NCBI GenBank assembly: GCA_044229975.1
Contig: JBGARZ010000001.1
Location: 576,001 to 640,000, forward strand
Length of the DNA: 64,000 nucleotides
Direction of reading: 5' to 3'
Source of the DNA: Polyangiales bacterium
GTDB taxonomy: Bacteria > Myxococcota_A > Polyangia > Polyangiales > Ga0077539
Position numbers and translations under genes: made by a program. The notes beneath the pieces were generated by a model. The model was given only the letters and a program-made list of their open reading frames with translations. It was not told the origin of the DNA and did no database searches. Positions 25,931 through 35,251 of the stretch are shown piece by piece (the stretch's first letter is position 1; each line of letters begins with the position of its first letter).

Positions 25931-26025
25931 CCCCGTCGCCTACAACGGAAGTGCCGCGTGAACAAAGCCTCGCCCCGCGGTGGTCAGGAGCTCTCGTCGC
26001 GCGCCCGGCAAACGCGGGCCCCGCG

Positions 26026-26055
26026 TTGACGCGCTCTTTGGCGCCGCACTACGGT
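26026..26055 (+). promoter_or_regulatory. Putative sigma70-type promoter for riboswitch leader
   Basis: TTGACG-N18-TACGGT just upstream of the riboswitch; 8-bp inverted repeat at 26011-26027 overlaps the -35. Confidence 0.45.
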
Positions 26056-26063
26056 CGTCCCTG

Positions 26064-26245
26064 CGTTGGTGATCGGGCGAGTGCCCGGTCTTAATAGGGA
26101 ACCCGGTGAGAATCCGGGGCTGCCCCGCAGCGGTAAGCGAGAACGAACCCCGCCTCCTAACACTGGCCTCCGGGCCGGGAAGTGGTGGGTAGTAGGAACC
26201 CGGTTTCAACGCCGGAGTGCTCGCGAGTCCGAAGACCTGCCGACG
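26064..26245 (+). ncRNA. Cobalamin (B12) riboswitch
   Basis: AATAGGGAA-CCCGGTGAGAATCCGGG-CTGCCCCGCAGCGGTAA...CACTGG...GGGAAG...B12 box GAGTCCGAAGACCTGCC; closing stem CGTTGGT/GCCGACG. Confidence 0.93.
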
Positions 26246-26467
26246 TCCGACCGCGGGAGACATCCGCCGGTCGGTTCGCCCTGAGACCTCGTGGGAGGGT
26301 TTCGGAGGGAGACAGGTCGAGACCGGGCGTGAGCGCCGTCGGTGGGAGGAGAATTGGTCGCAAGGGCGCAAGGGTCGCAAGGGAGAAGGAGAAGGCTCGG
26401 AGTGGGTCAGGTGGTGGTTGTGGGTGGCGAGGATGAGCGCATCGAGCACTCTGCTGCCCAGCCCATC

Positions 26468-27667
26468 ATGTCCTTGCGACCCTTGCGTCCGGGCGGCTCA
26501 TTCGTCCGCAGCGCCGCGCTGCTCGTGGCGCTCGCCGGGTGCGGCGAGACGCCGCCGACCGCGATTCCATCGGGCCCGCTCCGTCACTCGCTCACGGCCG
26601 CGACTGCGCCCGCGCGGGTGATCGCCATCGGCACCAACTACATCTCGGGCACGGCCTGGTCGGTCAGCGCGAACGGCGCGTCGAGCCCGCTGCCGCTCGG
26701 TGCGACGGGCGACACGGTGGTGCGGCCGTTGGGGGATGTCCTCGCGGTGCTCAACCGTGTGCCGGGCGTGAGCGACAACATCACGCTCCTCGAAGAGCGC
26801 GACGGCGCCCTCGCGCTTGCGGCCCAGATCCCGTTGGTTCGTGACGACGAGCGCTCGACCTCCGCCTACGCCAATCCCCACGACGTCATCGCCCTCGACG
26901 CCAACACCCTCCTCGTCGCGCGTTGGAACCTCCCCTCCCTCGCGGTCGTCGACGTCGCGCTGGGCACCATCACACGCACCATCGACCTCTCGCCCTACCG
27001 AGGCACCGCGCCGCTCCCCAACGCCGATGCGATGTACCGCGTGGGCGACCGCATCTACGTCTCGCTCCAGCGCCTCGACGACGTCATTCGCCCCACCCAG
27101 AACGGGATGGTCGTTCAGCTCGACGCGGGCACCCTCGCGGTCACTGCGACGATCGAGCTGCCCTTCGTAAACCCCGTTGGCCGCTTTCAACCAGTGGGGC
27201 AAGGGAGGGCGCGACTTGCCGCGGTGGGTTGGTACGAGCGCGGTGGAGACGCGGGCATCGTGGAGCTCGACCTGCGCGGCGACGCACCGGCTGTGCAGGT
27301 GGTCGTGCGCGACGAAGACCTGCCCGCGAACGTGCGCGGCAACATCGACGGACTCGCGCTGATCGACGAGGACTTGATGGTGCTCAAGGTCGCGGGCGAG
27401 CGCCGACCGAACATGGACATCGACGTGCTTCGGGTGCTCCGCTACGACCGGCGGACTCGGGCGGTGCGCGTGCTCGTCGAGCGCCGCCTCTGGAGCGGCG
27501 CCGCGCCGGTGGTGCTCGGGAGCACGGTGTTTGTGGGCGACCCGGGCGAGACGGCGGGCTACCGGGGCGCCGGTGTGCGCCGCTTCACCCTGGCGGGCGA
27601 CCCCATGGGGAGCGAAGCGGCGGTGGGCGTCGAGATGTTTCCGTACGACCTGCAAGCGGCGCCGTAG
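26468..27667 (+). CDS. Beta-propeller (YncE-like) lipoprotein, B12-regulated
   Basis: Lipobox LAGC; NPHDV, TIDLSPY, IYVSLQRLD, TIELPFVNP blade motifs. Confidence 0.75.
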   Translation: MSLRPLRPGGSFVRSAALLVALAGCGETPPTAIPSGPLRHSLTAATAPARVIAIGTNYISGTAWSVSANGASSPLPLGATGDTVVRPLGDVLAVLNRVPGVSDNITLLEERDGALALAAQIPLVRDDERSTSAYANPHDVIALDANTLLVARWNLPSLAVVDVALGTITRTIDLSPYRGTAPLPNADAMYRVGDRIYVSLQRLDDVIRPTQNGMVVQLDAGTLAVTATIELPFVNPVGRFQPVGQGRARLAAVGWYERGGDAGIVELDLRGDAPAVQVVVRDEDLPANVRGNIDGLALIDEDLMVLKVAGERRPNMDIDVLRVLRYDRRTRAVRVLVERRLWSGAAPVVLGSTVFVGDPGETAGYRGAGVRRFTLAGDPMGSEAAVGVEMFPYDLQAAP

Positions 27668-27668
27668 G

Positions 27669-28538
27669 ATGGCGACCATGACCGACCCCAACGCACGACA
27701 GATCGCCGAATGGAACGGCAACAGCGGCGAGCGCTGGGTCGCCAACCAGGGGCGACTCGACCTCATGCTCTCCGCCTTCGGTGACGCCGCACTGCGAGCG
27801 GCCGCGGCGCTCCCCGGCGAGGTGGTTCTCGACGTGGGCTGCGGCGCCGGCACGAGCACCCTCGCGCTCGCACGAGCCGTGGCGCCAACGGGTCGCGTGG
27901 TCGGCCTCGACGTCTCCGCACCCCTCGTCGAGCGCGCAGGCCAACGGGCGCGCGAGCAGGGTGTCGCCGCGGAGTTCAGGCTCGGTGACGCCAGCCGGGT
28001 CGAGGTGCCCGTCCGGTCGTTCGATCTCTTGTTTTCGCGCTTCGGGGTGATGTTCTTCGACGACCCGGTGCGTGCCTTCGAGCACCTGCGCGCGGCGCTC
28101 AAGCCAAACGGGCGACTGGCCTTCGTGTGCTGGCGCACGGCCCGCGAAAACGACTGGGTGAGCTTGCCCGTGGGCGCCGTTCGCGACCTGGTCGACGTCC
28201 CGAAGACGGACCCCGAGGCTCCCGGTCCCTTCGCCTTCGGTGACGGCGCTCGCGTCGCCCGCATCCTCACCGACGCGGGCTTCCGCGACGTCGCGGTCGC
28301 GCCCTTCGACCACCGCCTCGTCTTCGGCCGCGGCGCGACGCGCGACGCCGCGATCGACGACGCCGTCGAGCACTCCTTCCAGGTCGGCCCGTTGCAGCGA
28401 CTGCTCGCCGATCAGCCCGACGATGTTCGCACGCGCGCCACCGCCGCGGTCCGCGCCGCCTTCGCCCGGCGCGCCGAGCCCGACGGCGTCGTCATCGACA
28501 GCGCCGCCTGGATCGTCACCGCGCGCGCTGCCGCGTAG
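27669..28538 (+). CDS. Class I SAM-dependent methyltransferase
   Basis: VLDVGCGAG, GLDVS, FSRFGVMFF, PGPFAF. Confidence 0.9.
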   Translation: MATMTDPNARQIAEWNGNSGERWVANQGRLDLMLSAFGDAALRAAAALPGEVVLDVGCGAGTSTLALARAVAPTGRVVGLDVSAPLVERAGQRAREQGVAAEFRLGDASRVEVPVRSFDLLFSRFGVMFFDDPVRAFEHLRAALKPNGRLAFVCWRTARENDWVSLPVGAVRDLVDVPKTDPEAPGPFAFGDGARVARILTDAGFRDVAVAPFDHRLVFGRGATRDAAIDDAVEHSFQVGPLQRLLADQPDDVRTRATAAVRAAFARRAEPDGVVIDSAAWIVTARAAA

Positions 28539-29111
28539 TCACCCGACGCTGGCCCGGTACATCACGTCGGTACGCAACACGTACTTCCGCCCGCCGGTCA
28601 CCGCCGCGCCCTCGTGCAGCACCGGGTGCTGGAAGAACAGCGCCGAGCCCGCCCTCGGCGTCACCGTCAGCACGTCCCGATCGCGCGGGAAGAAGCGCGT
28701 CTCGCCGCCGTCGCACCCGTCGTTGAGGTAGTAGATCAACGTCAGCAGGCTGCGCTCGCCGCTCATGCGCTCGAAGTGACCGTCGCGGTGCTTCGCGAAG
28801 TACTCGCCGGGGTCGTAGCGGTACAGCCGGAAGCGCTCGTTGAGCCCCACCGCCACCCGCCCATCGAGCACCGGAGGAACCCTCCGTTCGACCGCCTCCC
28901 ACAGCTTCGCCGCCGCTGCGACGTCGTCGATGATGACCCGCGTGTTGTTGCGAATCTCCGGCGCCATCACCGGGCCCCACGACGTCGTGATGGGCGCGAC
29001 CTCGTAGCCCACGGCCTCGCCGCGGGCGATCCACGCGGCGCACTCTTCGGGCGTGAGCAGGTCGTGGTCGACCCAGATCACACCCGGCAGGACGTCGTCG
29101 CGCGTCACCAC
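28539..29111 (-). CDS. 2OG-Fe(II) oxygenase (prolyl-4-hydroxylase-like)
   Basis: HRD..YLN..GGET..HEG..K..LRTD triad and 2OG-binding motifs. Confidence 0.88.
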   Translation of the reverse strand: MVTRDDVLPGVIWVDHDLLTPEECAAWIARGEAVGYEVAPITTSWGPVMAPEIRNNTRVIIDDVAAAAKLWEAVERRVPPVLDGRVAVGLNERFRLYRYDPGEYFAKHRDGHFERMSGERSLLTLIYYLNDGCDGGETRFFPRDRDVLTVTPRAGSALFFQHPVLHEGAAVTGGRKYVLRTDVMYRASVG

Positions 29112-29115
29112 GCGA

Positions 29116-31749
29116 TCACCGCTGCTTGCGCCGCAGCGCCCACACGCCGAGGCCCATGAAGAGCATCAGGCCCAGCTTCGGCGCCGCGTCGGGGGTCGCG
29201 CCCACGTGGCAGCCGCAGCCGTCGCCGCTCAGCGTCACCACGCTCGTCGGCGCGCCCTCCACGCACACGCGCCCCTCGCCGCAGCGGGTGAGCCCGTCGG
29301 TGCGGTCGGCGCACTGCGCGTCGGTGAGGCAGCCCACGCAGGTCCCTGCCGCGTCGCCCATGCGGTAGCAGAAGGGCGTCGGCTGCGCGCAGTCGAGGTC
29401 GCGGAAGCAACCGTTGGCGCACACGCCCGGCCGCGTCGGATCATCCGAGCTGCACGACATGCCCGCAGGGCAGCCGTTGTGCCCGTCGCCCGGCCAGCAG
29501 CCCGCGCGGCACCGGCGCGCCGTCGGGTCGCAGATGCGCCCGGACTCTGGGCCCCCGCAGTCGGCGTCGCGCTCGCAGCCGCAGCGCGAGGCGCCCGCGT
29601 CCGACACGCAGGCCGTTCCGTCGGGGCTCGTCGTGCACGCGGGCGACGCAGGCCCCGGAACACACGCCACGCAGCGGTTGTTGGGGTCGTCGCAGATGGG
29701 CGTCGCGCCGCGGCACGCCATCGAGCTGGCCGTGGTGCACTGCACGCAACGACCGACGCTCCGGCCCGCGGTGGCGCAGGCGGGCGTCGGGTCGAGGCAG
29801 TCGGTGGCGCTCGTCGTCGAGCACGCGCGGCAGGTGCGCGAGGTGAGGTCGCAGATGGGCGTCGACCCGGCGCAGTCGCCGTTGGTGGTGCACCCGACGC
29901 AGCGGTTGACCGCGAGGTCGCACACGCGGCTCGTGCAGTTGGCGTTGGTGGTGCACTGCACGCAGCGGCCCGCGTTGGGGCCGAGGCCCGCGCAGATGGT
30001 GAGGCCGTCTTCGGTGCACTCGCCCGCGACGGCGGCGTTGCAGGGGCGGCAGGTGCGGGCCGTGGGGTCGCACACGGGGCGCGCCGGGTCGGTGCACTCG
30101 CGGCTGGTGAGGCAGGCCACGCAGGTGTGCGTGGTGGTCTCGCAGCGGGGAGTGGCGCCGCTGCACTGCGCGTCGGTGTTGCAGACGACACAACGACCGA
30201 TCTCGGCGCCCGCGGTGGCGCAGGCCGGGCGCGTCGGGTCGATGGCCGCGCACTGCGCGTCGGACGAGCACGCCACGCAGGTGCGGGTGGCGGCGTCGCA
30301 GACCGGGGCCGTCGGGCTGCGGGTGCAGTCCGCGGTGGTGTTGCAGAGGCAGACGCCCGCCGTGGTGTCGCAGATCGGCGCGGTGTTGGGGCAGTTGAGG
30401 TCGGCGCGGCCGGGGAGCGTCGGGTTGGTGCGGCCCGCGGCGGTCTCGCGCTGGTCGGGGAGGCAGTCATTGTCGGAGTCAGTGTCGAGGTAGTCGGGCG
30501 TCCCGTCGTTGTCGCTGTCGACGGTGCAGTCGCCCTCGTCGATGTCGCTCCAGCCGTCGCCGTCGGCGTCCGTGAGCGAGCCGCGCGCCAGCGTCTGGAA
30601 CGCGATCACCGGCATCATCTCGTCGCCATCGCCACGGAAGCGGAAGCGCATCGAGGTGGCCGCGTCGGCGACCACGGTGCGGAAGTCGTAGAGCTCGTCG
30701 TCGAGGCGCGGGAGCGCGGGGGCGCGCAGCACGTCGTCGCCGTCGAGGCCGACGGGAGAGCCCGCGGCGCGGCCGGGGCCGGGCTCGGTGCCGCCGAAGG
30801 TTCCCATGGTGCAGAGGCCGGCGGTGTCGGCGAAGCAGCCGTTGCCCGCGGGGACGGTGGGCCAGTCGTCGGCGCCGCCCGCCCGCGTGGTGAGCGAGAG
30901 GTCGTTGACGATGATCTCGCTCTCCTCTTCGGTGCAGGTGTCGCGCGACGGGTCGTTGGGCGCCGCGGGGTTGGGCCGACGGTTGAACTCCCACATCACG
31001 CCGACCGACGCCGCGAAGGGCTCGCCGCGCGGGAAGTCCCGCGGGCAGCGGTTGGCGACGGGGCCGGGGAGCGGCAGGGCCATGCTCTCGAAGCCGTTGG
31101 TGGCGCAGCCCTCGTAGACGACGACGTTGCGGCGCGGGCCGAAGTCGAGGTCGTACACGACTACGAGGAAGTGACCGCCGAACTGCACCAGACCGGGGCC
31201 TTCGCGGCGGGCGTCGTCGCCGCGCTCCTGCACGGTGACGCTGGTGGGCCCACCGCGGGAGGACGGGCCGACGGCGGCGCGGACGGGGGTGGTGACGTCG
31301 GTGATGAAGGTTCCCCAGTGGGCCGTGACGATGGGGGTGGGCGCGGTGCGCGAGTAGAAACGGGGCGCGCCCTGGAGGTTGCGGGTGACGGCCGAGGAGC
31401 CCTCACCGACGATGACCTGGCGGGGGCTCCCGGCGGGCCCGCCGGGGATGGACGGCGGGAAGGCCGGGGCCGACGCGAGGGGATAGAAGACCGTGACGCC
31501 CGAGTAGAGCCGCGCCCAGCGCACCCGACCGCCACGCGGAACCTGCACCGTGAACTGCCCGCGGGTGAACGCCGTCGGCGTGCTCGCCTCGCCCCAGGCG
31601 TCGGCCGTGACGCCGCCGCGGACGACCTCGCTGAAGGCCACCTGGAGGGTCTGCGCAGAGGCGCCGACCGGGAGGCCGAGGACGGAGAGGAGGGCGACGA
31701 GCGCGACGACGAGCGGATGGCGAAGGGAGGGGCTCACGAGGCGTGACAC
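29116..31749 (-). CDS. Cys-rich surface protein with MYXO-CTERM-type sorting signal
   Basis: Signal peptide; DxDxDG Ca-binding repeats; CVxCxxxxxC repeats; C-terminal GDGCGC + TM helix + RRKQR. Confidence 0.85.
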   Translation of the reverse strand: MSRLVSPSLRHPLVVALVALLSVLGLPVGASAQTLQVAFSEVVRGGVTADAWGEASTPTAFTRGQFTVQVPRGGRVRWARLYSGVTVFYPLASAPAFPPSIPGGPAGSPRQVIVGEGSSAVTRNLQGAPRFYSRTAPTPIVTAHWGTFITDVTTPVRAAVGPSSRGGPTSVTVQERGDDARREGPGLVQFGGHFLVVVYDLDFGPRRNVVVYEGCATNGFESMALPLPGPVANRCPRDFPRGEPFAASVGVMWEFNRRPNPAAPNDPSRDTCTEEESEIIVNDLSLTTRAGGADDWPTVPAGNGCFADTAGLCTMGTFGGTEPGPGRAAGSPVGLDGDDVLRAPALPRLDDELYDFRTVVADAATSMRFRFRGDGDEMMPVIAFQTLARGSLTDADGDGWSDIDEGDCTVDSDNDGTPDYLDTDSDNDCLPDQRETAAGRTNPTLPGRADLNCPNTAPICDTTAGVCLCNTTADCTRSPTAPVCDAATRTCVACSSDAQCAAIDPTRPACATAGAEIGRCVVCNTDAQCSGATPRCETTTHTCVACLTSRECTDPARPVCDPTARTCRPCNAAVAGECTEDGLTICAGLGPNAGRCVQCTTNANCTSRVCDLAVNRCVGCTTNGDCAGSTPICDLTSRTCRACSTTSATDCLDPTPACATAGRSVGRCVQCTTASSMACRGATPICDDPNNRCVACVPGPASPACTTSPDGTACVSDAGASRCGCERDADCGGPESGRICDPTARRCRAGCWPGDGHNGCPAGMSCSSDDPTRPGVCANGCFRDLDCAQPTPFCYRMGDAAGTCVGCLTDAQCADRTDGLTRCGEGRVCVEGAPTSVVTLSGDGCGCHVGATPDAAPKLGLMLFMGLGVWALRRKQR

Positions 31750-31888
31750 CTAGACGAGTTTGCGCGGCGTGGCCAGACGGTCGGCGGGGCCGCGCATGGG
31801 GGTAGTGGCGCTCGACGACCGATGGGGGATTGGAGTAAGGGGCGTGCGCTCTCCTCCCTAATCCCCTGCGAAGACACCAGGTATCTCC

Positions 31889-32983
31889 ATGGCGCTCAAG
31901 GTCGCGATCGTCGGTCTGCCCAACGTCGGCAAGTCCACCCTGTTCAACGCGCTCACGCAGACGGCGCAGGCCCAGGCGGCCAACTACCCGTTCTGCACCA
32001 TCGAGCCCAACGTGGGCGACGTGGCCGTCCCGGAGCCCCGCCTGGAGGTGCTCGCGAAGATCGCCTCGTCGAAGGAGATCATCCCGGCGCGCATCAACTT
32101 CGTCGACATCGCCGGGCTCGTGCGCGGGGCGTCCAAGGGCGAGGGGCTCGGCAACAAGTTTCTCGCCAACATCCGCGACTGCGACGCCGTGGCCTTCGTG
32201 GCGCGCTGCTTCGTCGACACCGACATCATCCACGTCGAGAACCGCATCGACCCGCTCTCCGACCTCGAGATCATCGAGACGGAGCTCATGCTGGCCGACC
32301 TGGAGAGCCTGGAGAAGCGCTCGGCCGCGCTGGAGAAGCGGATGCGCGGCGGCGACAAGGAGGCCATCCAGACGCTGCGCCTGGTGAAGGTGGCGATCGA
32401 CCTGCTCAACGCCGGCAAGCCTGCGCGCGTCGCCGTCATCGAGAAGGAGGACGAGAAGGCCTGGGCGATGCTCCAGCTCATCACGTCGCTCCCCGCGCTG
32501 TACGTGTGCAACGTCGACGAGGGCTCCGCGGACAAGGGCAACGCCCTCTCCGACAAGGTCGCCGCGCGCGCGGCGCAGGACGGCTCGCGCTCGGTGGTCA
32601 TCTCCGCGAAGATCGAGAGCGAGATCGCCCTGCTCGCGGCCGACGAGCGCAAGGACTTCCTGGAGACGCTCGGGCTCGCCGAGCCGGGGCTCAACCGGCT
32701 CATCCGCGAGGCGTACACGCTGCTCGGGCTGCGGACGTACTTCACCGTCGGCCCGAAGGAGACGCGGGCCTGGACCATCCGCGTGGGCGACACGGCGCCG
32801 CAGGCCGCGGGGGTCATCCACACGGACTTCGAGAAGGGCTTCATCCGCGCCGAGACCATCGCGTACGAGGACTACGCGAAGTACAAGGGCGAGGCCGGGG
32901 CGCGTGATGCGGGGAAGTTCCGCCTGGAAGGCAAGGAGTATCTGGTGCAGGACGGCGACGTGATGCACTTCCGCTTCACCTGA
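31889..32983 (+). CDS. ychF: Redox-regulated ribosome-binding ATPase YchF
   Basis: GLPNVGKST, NYPFCTIEPN, DIAGLV, GEGLGNKFL, IHTDFEKGFI, EGKEY.VQDGD. Confidence 0.97.
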   Translation: MALKVAIVGLPNVGKSTLFNALTQTAQAQAANYPFCTIEPNVGDVAVPEPRLEVLAKIASSKEIIPARINFVDIAGLVRGASKGEGLGNKFLANIRDCDAVAFVARCFVDTDIIHVENRIDPLSDLEIIETELMLADLESLEKRSAALEKRMRGGDKEAIQTLRLVKVAIDLLNAGKPARVAVIEKEDEKAWAMLQLITSLPALYVCNVDEGSADKGNALSDKVAARAAQDGSRSVVISAKIESEIALLAADERKDFLETLGLAEPGLNRLIREAYTLLGLRTYFTVGPKETRAWTIRVGDTAPQAAGVIHTDFEKGFIRAETIAYEDYAKYKGEAGARDAGKFRLEGKEYLVQDGDVMHFRFT

Positions 32984-33059
32984 TGCGCCACCGCCTGCCT
33001 CCGCCGCGCACATGGCGTGCCGGGGGCGCGCAGGCGGTGATACAGTGCCGCCCGCCACC

Positions 33060-34172
33060 GTGAGTCTCCTGTCCCCGCCCTGGCTCGTAGACCCGCTGCC
33101 CTGGGAGGCCGCGGCGTCCCCCATCGAGATTCCCCGCGCACCCATCGACCCGGAGACGGAGTCGGCGTTGCAGCTCGGGCGGTACGTTCCGCTCTTCGGG
33201 TGGGGCGCGACGCAGGATGAGGCGCGGCGCGTGGTCGCCCTCGTGGCCCGGGCGTTTTCGACCGAGGCCGACCCGCGCAGCTTCGACGGCCTGTCGGCCA
33301 TGCTGCTGCACCCGACCCTCGGAACGCGCCCCGTCACCTACCTCGCCGACGCCATCCGGCACGGTCGCGCGCCGTCCTCGTGGGGGTCCGTCGCCCTCGG
33401 CGCCGCGGGCCTGCTCGGGGCAGGCGACGCGCTGCGCTCCGAGTTCGGCGAGTGCCTGCTGGACTGTCCGACGGTGCGGGCCGACGCGCTCCGCACGGTG
33501 GTGGTCGCGGGGGCCGAGCGGTACACGTTTCCCGAGTCGTACGCGCGGCTCTGCGCGGCCGAGAAGGAGATGGCGGGGACGCGCGAGTCGGAGCCCTTCA
33601 CGGCGCTGCGGGCGTGGTTCGAGCTGGTGGTGGCGCGGCGGTGGTCGGCCCTCGACGTGCTGCGCGAGACCCGGCTGGAGAAGCTGCCCGCGGCGGACGC
33701 GTGGCTGGTGTCGGCGGGGCTCTTCCTCGTGGGCGACGAGAGCGCGCGGTCGCGGATGACCGAGTACGCCGCGATGGCACTGGAGGGCCTGCACCCGGTG
33801 GCGCCGAAGGCGGTGGCGATGCTGGCGCGCGAGCTCGCCGAGCTGGTGTCGCAGCCCTGGTCGCTGCGATGGGACCACCTGCGCTGCGCGGCGGCGAAGG
33901 ACCACGCGGCGGCCGCCGTGCGCGCGTGGCTGAGCGCGGCACTGTACGAGCCGCACGACGAGGTGACGGGGCACGACACGCTGGGGCCCGAGCTCACACG
34001 CGCGGCGAAGGAAGCGCGGGCGCTGGTGGGGGGCTTCCTGCTCGACTGGTTCGTGCACGACCGCGAGGCGCGCTCGCGCATCGATCACTGGGTGGGGGAC
34101 GTGCTGCGGGTCTACCACCGGCTGCACGGCGCTTCGCTGTTGGGCGCGGCGCTGGACGAGGTGATCGGGTGA
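33060..34172 (+). CDS. Hypothetical alpha-helical protein
   Basis: Long ORF with GC3-biased codons, coupled (GTGA) to next gene; start uncertain (33012 or 33060). Confidence 0.6.
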   Translation: MSLLSPPWLVDPLPWEAAASPIEIPRAPIDPETESALQLGRYVPLFGWGATQDEARRVVALVARAFSTEADPRSFDGLSAMLLHPTLGTRPVTYLADAIRHGRAPSSWGSVALGAAGLLGAGDALRSEFGECLLDCPTVRADALRTVVVAGAERYTFPESYARLCAAEKEMAGTRESEPFTALRAWFELVVARRWSALDVLRETRLEKLPAADAWLVSAGLFLVGDESARSRMTEYAAMALEGLHPVAPKAVAMLARELAELVSQPWSLRWDHLRCAAAKDHAAAAVRAWLSAALYEPHDEVTGHDTLGPELTRAAKEARALVGGFLLDWFVHDREARSRIDHWVGDVLRVYHRLHGASLLGAALDEVIG

Positions 34173-35218
34173 GCTCCTTCGACGACGCCATCGACGCCCT
34201 CCACGAGTGCACGACCGGCTGGAACCGCGGTGCCACGCCCGGCACCATCTCCCGCTGCGCGGTGTTGTTCGATGCGGCGGCGAAGTGTGGTGATCCGCGT
34301 GCGGCCGTCGGGGCCGCGGTGGCGCGTGGGCTCGCGGGCGACCACGAGGGCGGCCGTCGTCGCTTGCTGGAGGCGACCGAGCGCTGGCCCGAGCACGCGG
34401 GCTCGTACGTGGCGCTGGGGATGCTGGCGCTGCGCTCCAACGACGTGCTGGCCAATGCCGCGGAGGCGTCATGGGCGTTGACGGCAGCGCGCTCGCTGGC
34501 CCCGTCGGTGGGGTGCATCGAGCGCTCGCTGGCGCAGGCGCTGGCGGCGCAGGGCGAGTTCATGGGGGCGCTGCAGTCGGCGCGGGCGGCCCTGGCCATC
34601 GACCACGACGACGACGAGGCGCGGCTCTGGTCGTCGCTGATGCGGCTGTATTTCGGGGGCGACGTGTCGGCCTCGGCGGTGCTGGTGGAGCTCCCGGGCG
34701 AGGCCCTCCTGCGTGGCCGCTCGACGGCGGTGTGGCTCGGCGCGGTGGCGGGGTACTACGCGCGCGGGGAGTTTCACGAGGCGCGGGTGACGCTGCGCAA
34801 GGCCATCGCGCCCTTCAAGGCGGGGCCATCGCCCGAGAAGCCGCTGGTCGACAGCGCGCGGCGGTGGTTTCGCGAGCTGCGCGGGTTTGGCGGGGGCGTT
34901 CCGATGACGGGCGAGCGCTGGGTGCGCGACGTGGGCGGGGCGCAGAGCGAGTACGTGCGCACGCGCGGGGCGCTGTCGGCCTTTCGCGACGCCATCGCGC
35001 AAGCGGGGGCGCGGCCGCAGGCGGAGGGCGTGACGGTGCTCGACGTCGACGGCGCGCTCGGCGCGATGGAGGCGCGGGCGCGGCGCGGGATGCTGGAGTA
35101 CGGCGCGCGGCTGATGGTCCGCGGGTTCGCGGAGGCGTACCTGCCGATGGTGGCGTGCCTCGAACCGCCGCCGCTGGAGATGCTCGCCGCGATGGGGTTG
35201 GTGCGGCTCGACGGATGA
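34169..35218 (+). CDS. TPR-like hypothetical protein
   Basis: TPR-like helices (YVALG, LAQALAAQGEF, ALAIDHDD); GTG overlaps upstream stop. Confidence 0.6.
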   Translation: MSSFDDAIDALHECTTGWNRGATPGTISRCAVLFDAAAKCGDPRAAVGAAVARGLAGDHEGGRRRLLEATERWPEHAGSYVALGMLALRSNDVLANAAEASWALTAARSLAPSVGCIERSLAQALAAQGEFMGALQSARAALAIDHDDDEARLWSSLMRLYFGGDVSASAVLVELPGEALLRGRSTAVWLGAVAGYYARGEFHEARVTLRKAIAPFKAGPSPEKPLVDSARRWFRELRGFGGGVPMTGERWVRDVGGAQSEYVRTRGALSAFRDAIAQAGARPQAEGVTVLDVDGALGAMEARARRGMLEYGARLMVRGFAEAYLPMVACLEPPPLEMLAAMGLVRLDG

Positions 35219-35251
35219 CTTCACCGATCGAAAGGGTCTAGGGTTGCGGGC

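Noticed and set aside
29116..31749. Calling this gene traA
   Set aside because: No adjacent traB (OmpA/beta-barrel) and the head domain is not recognisable as that of TraA
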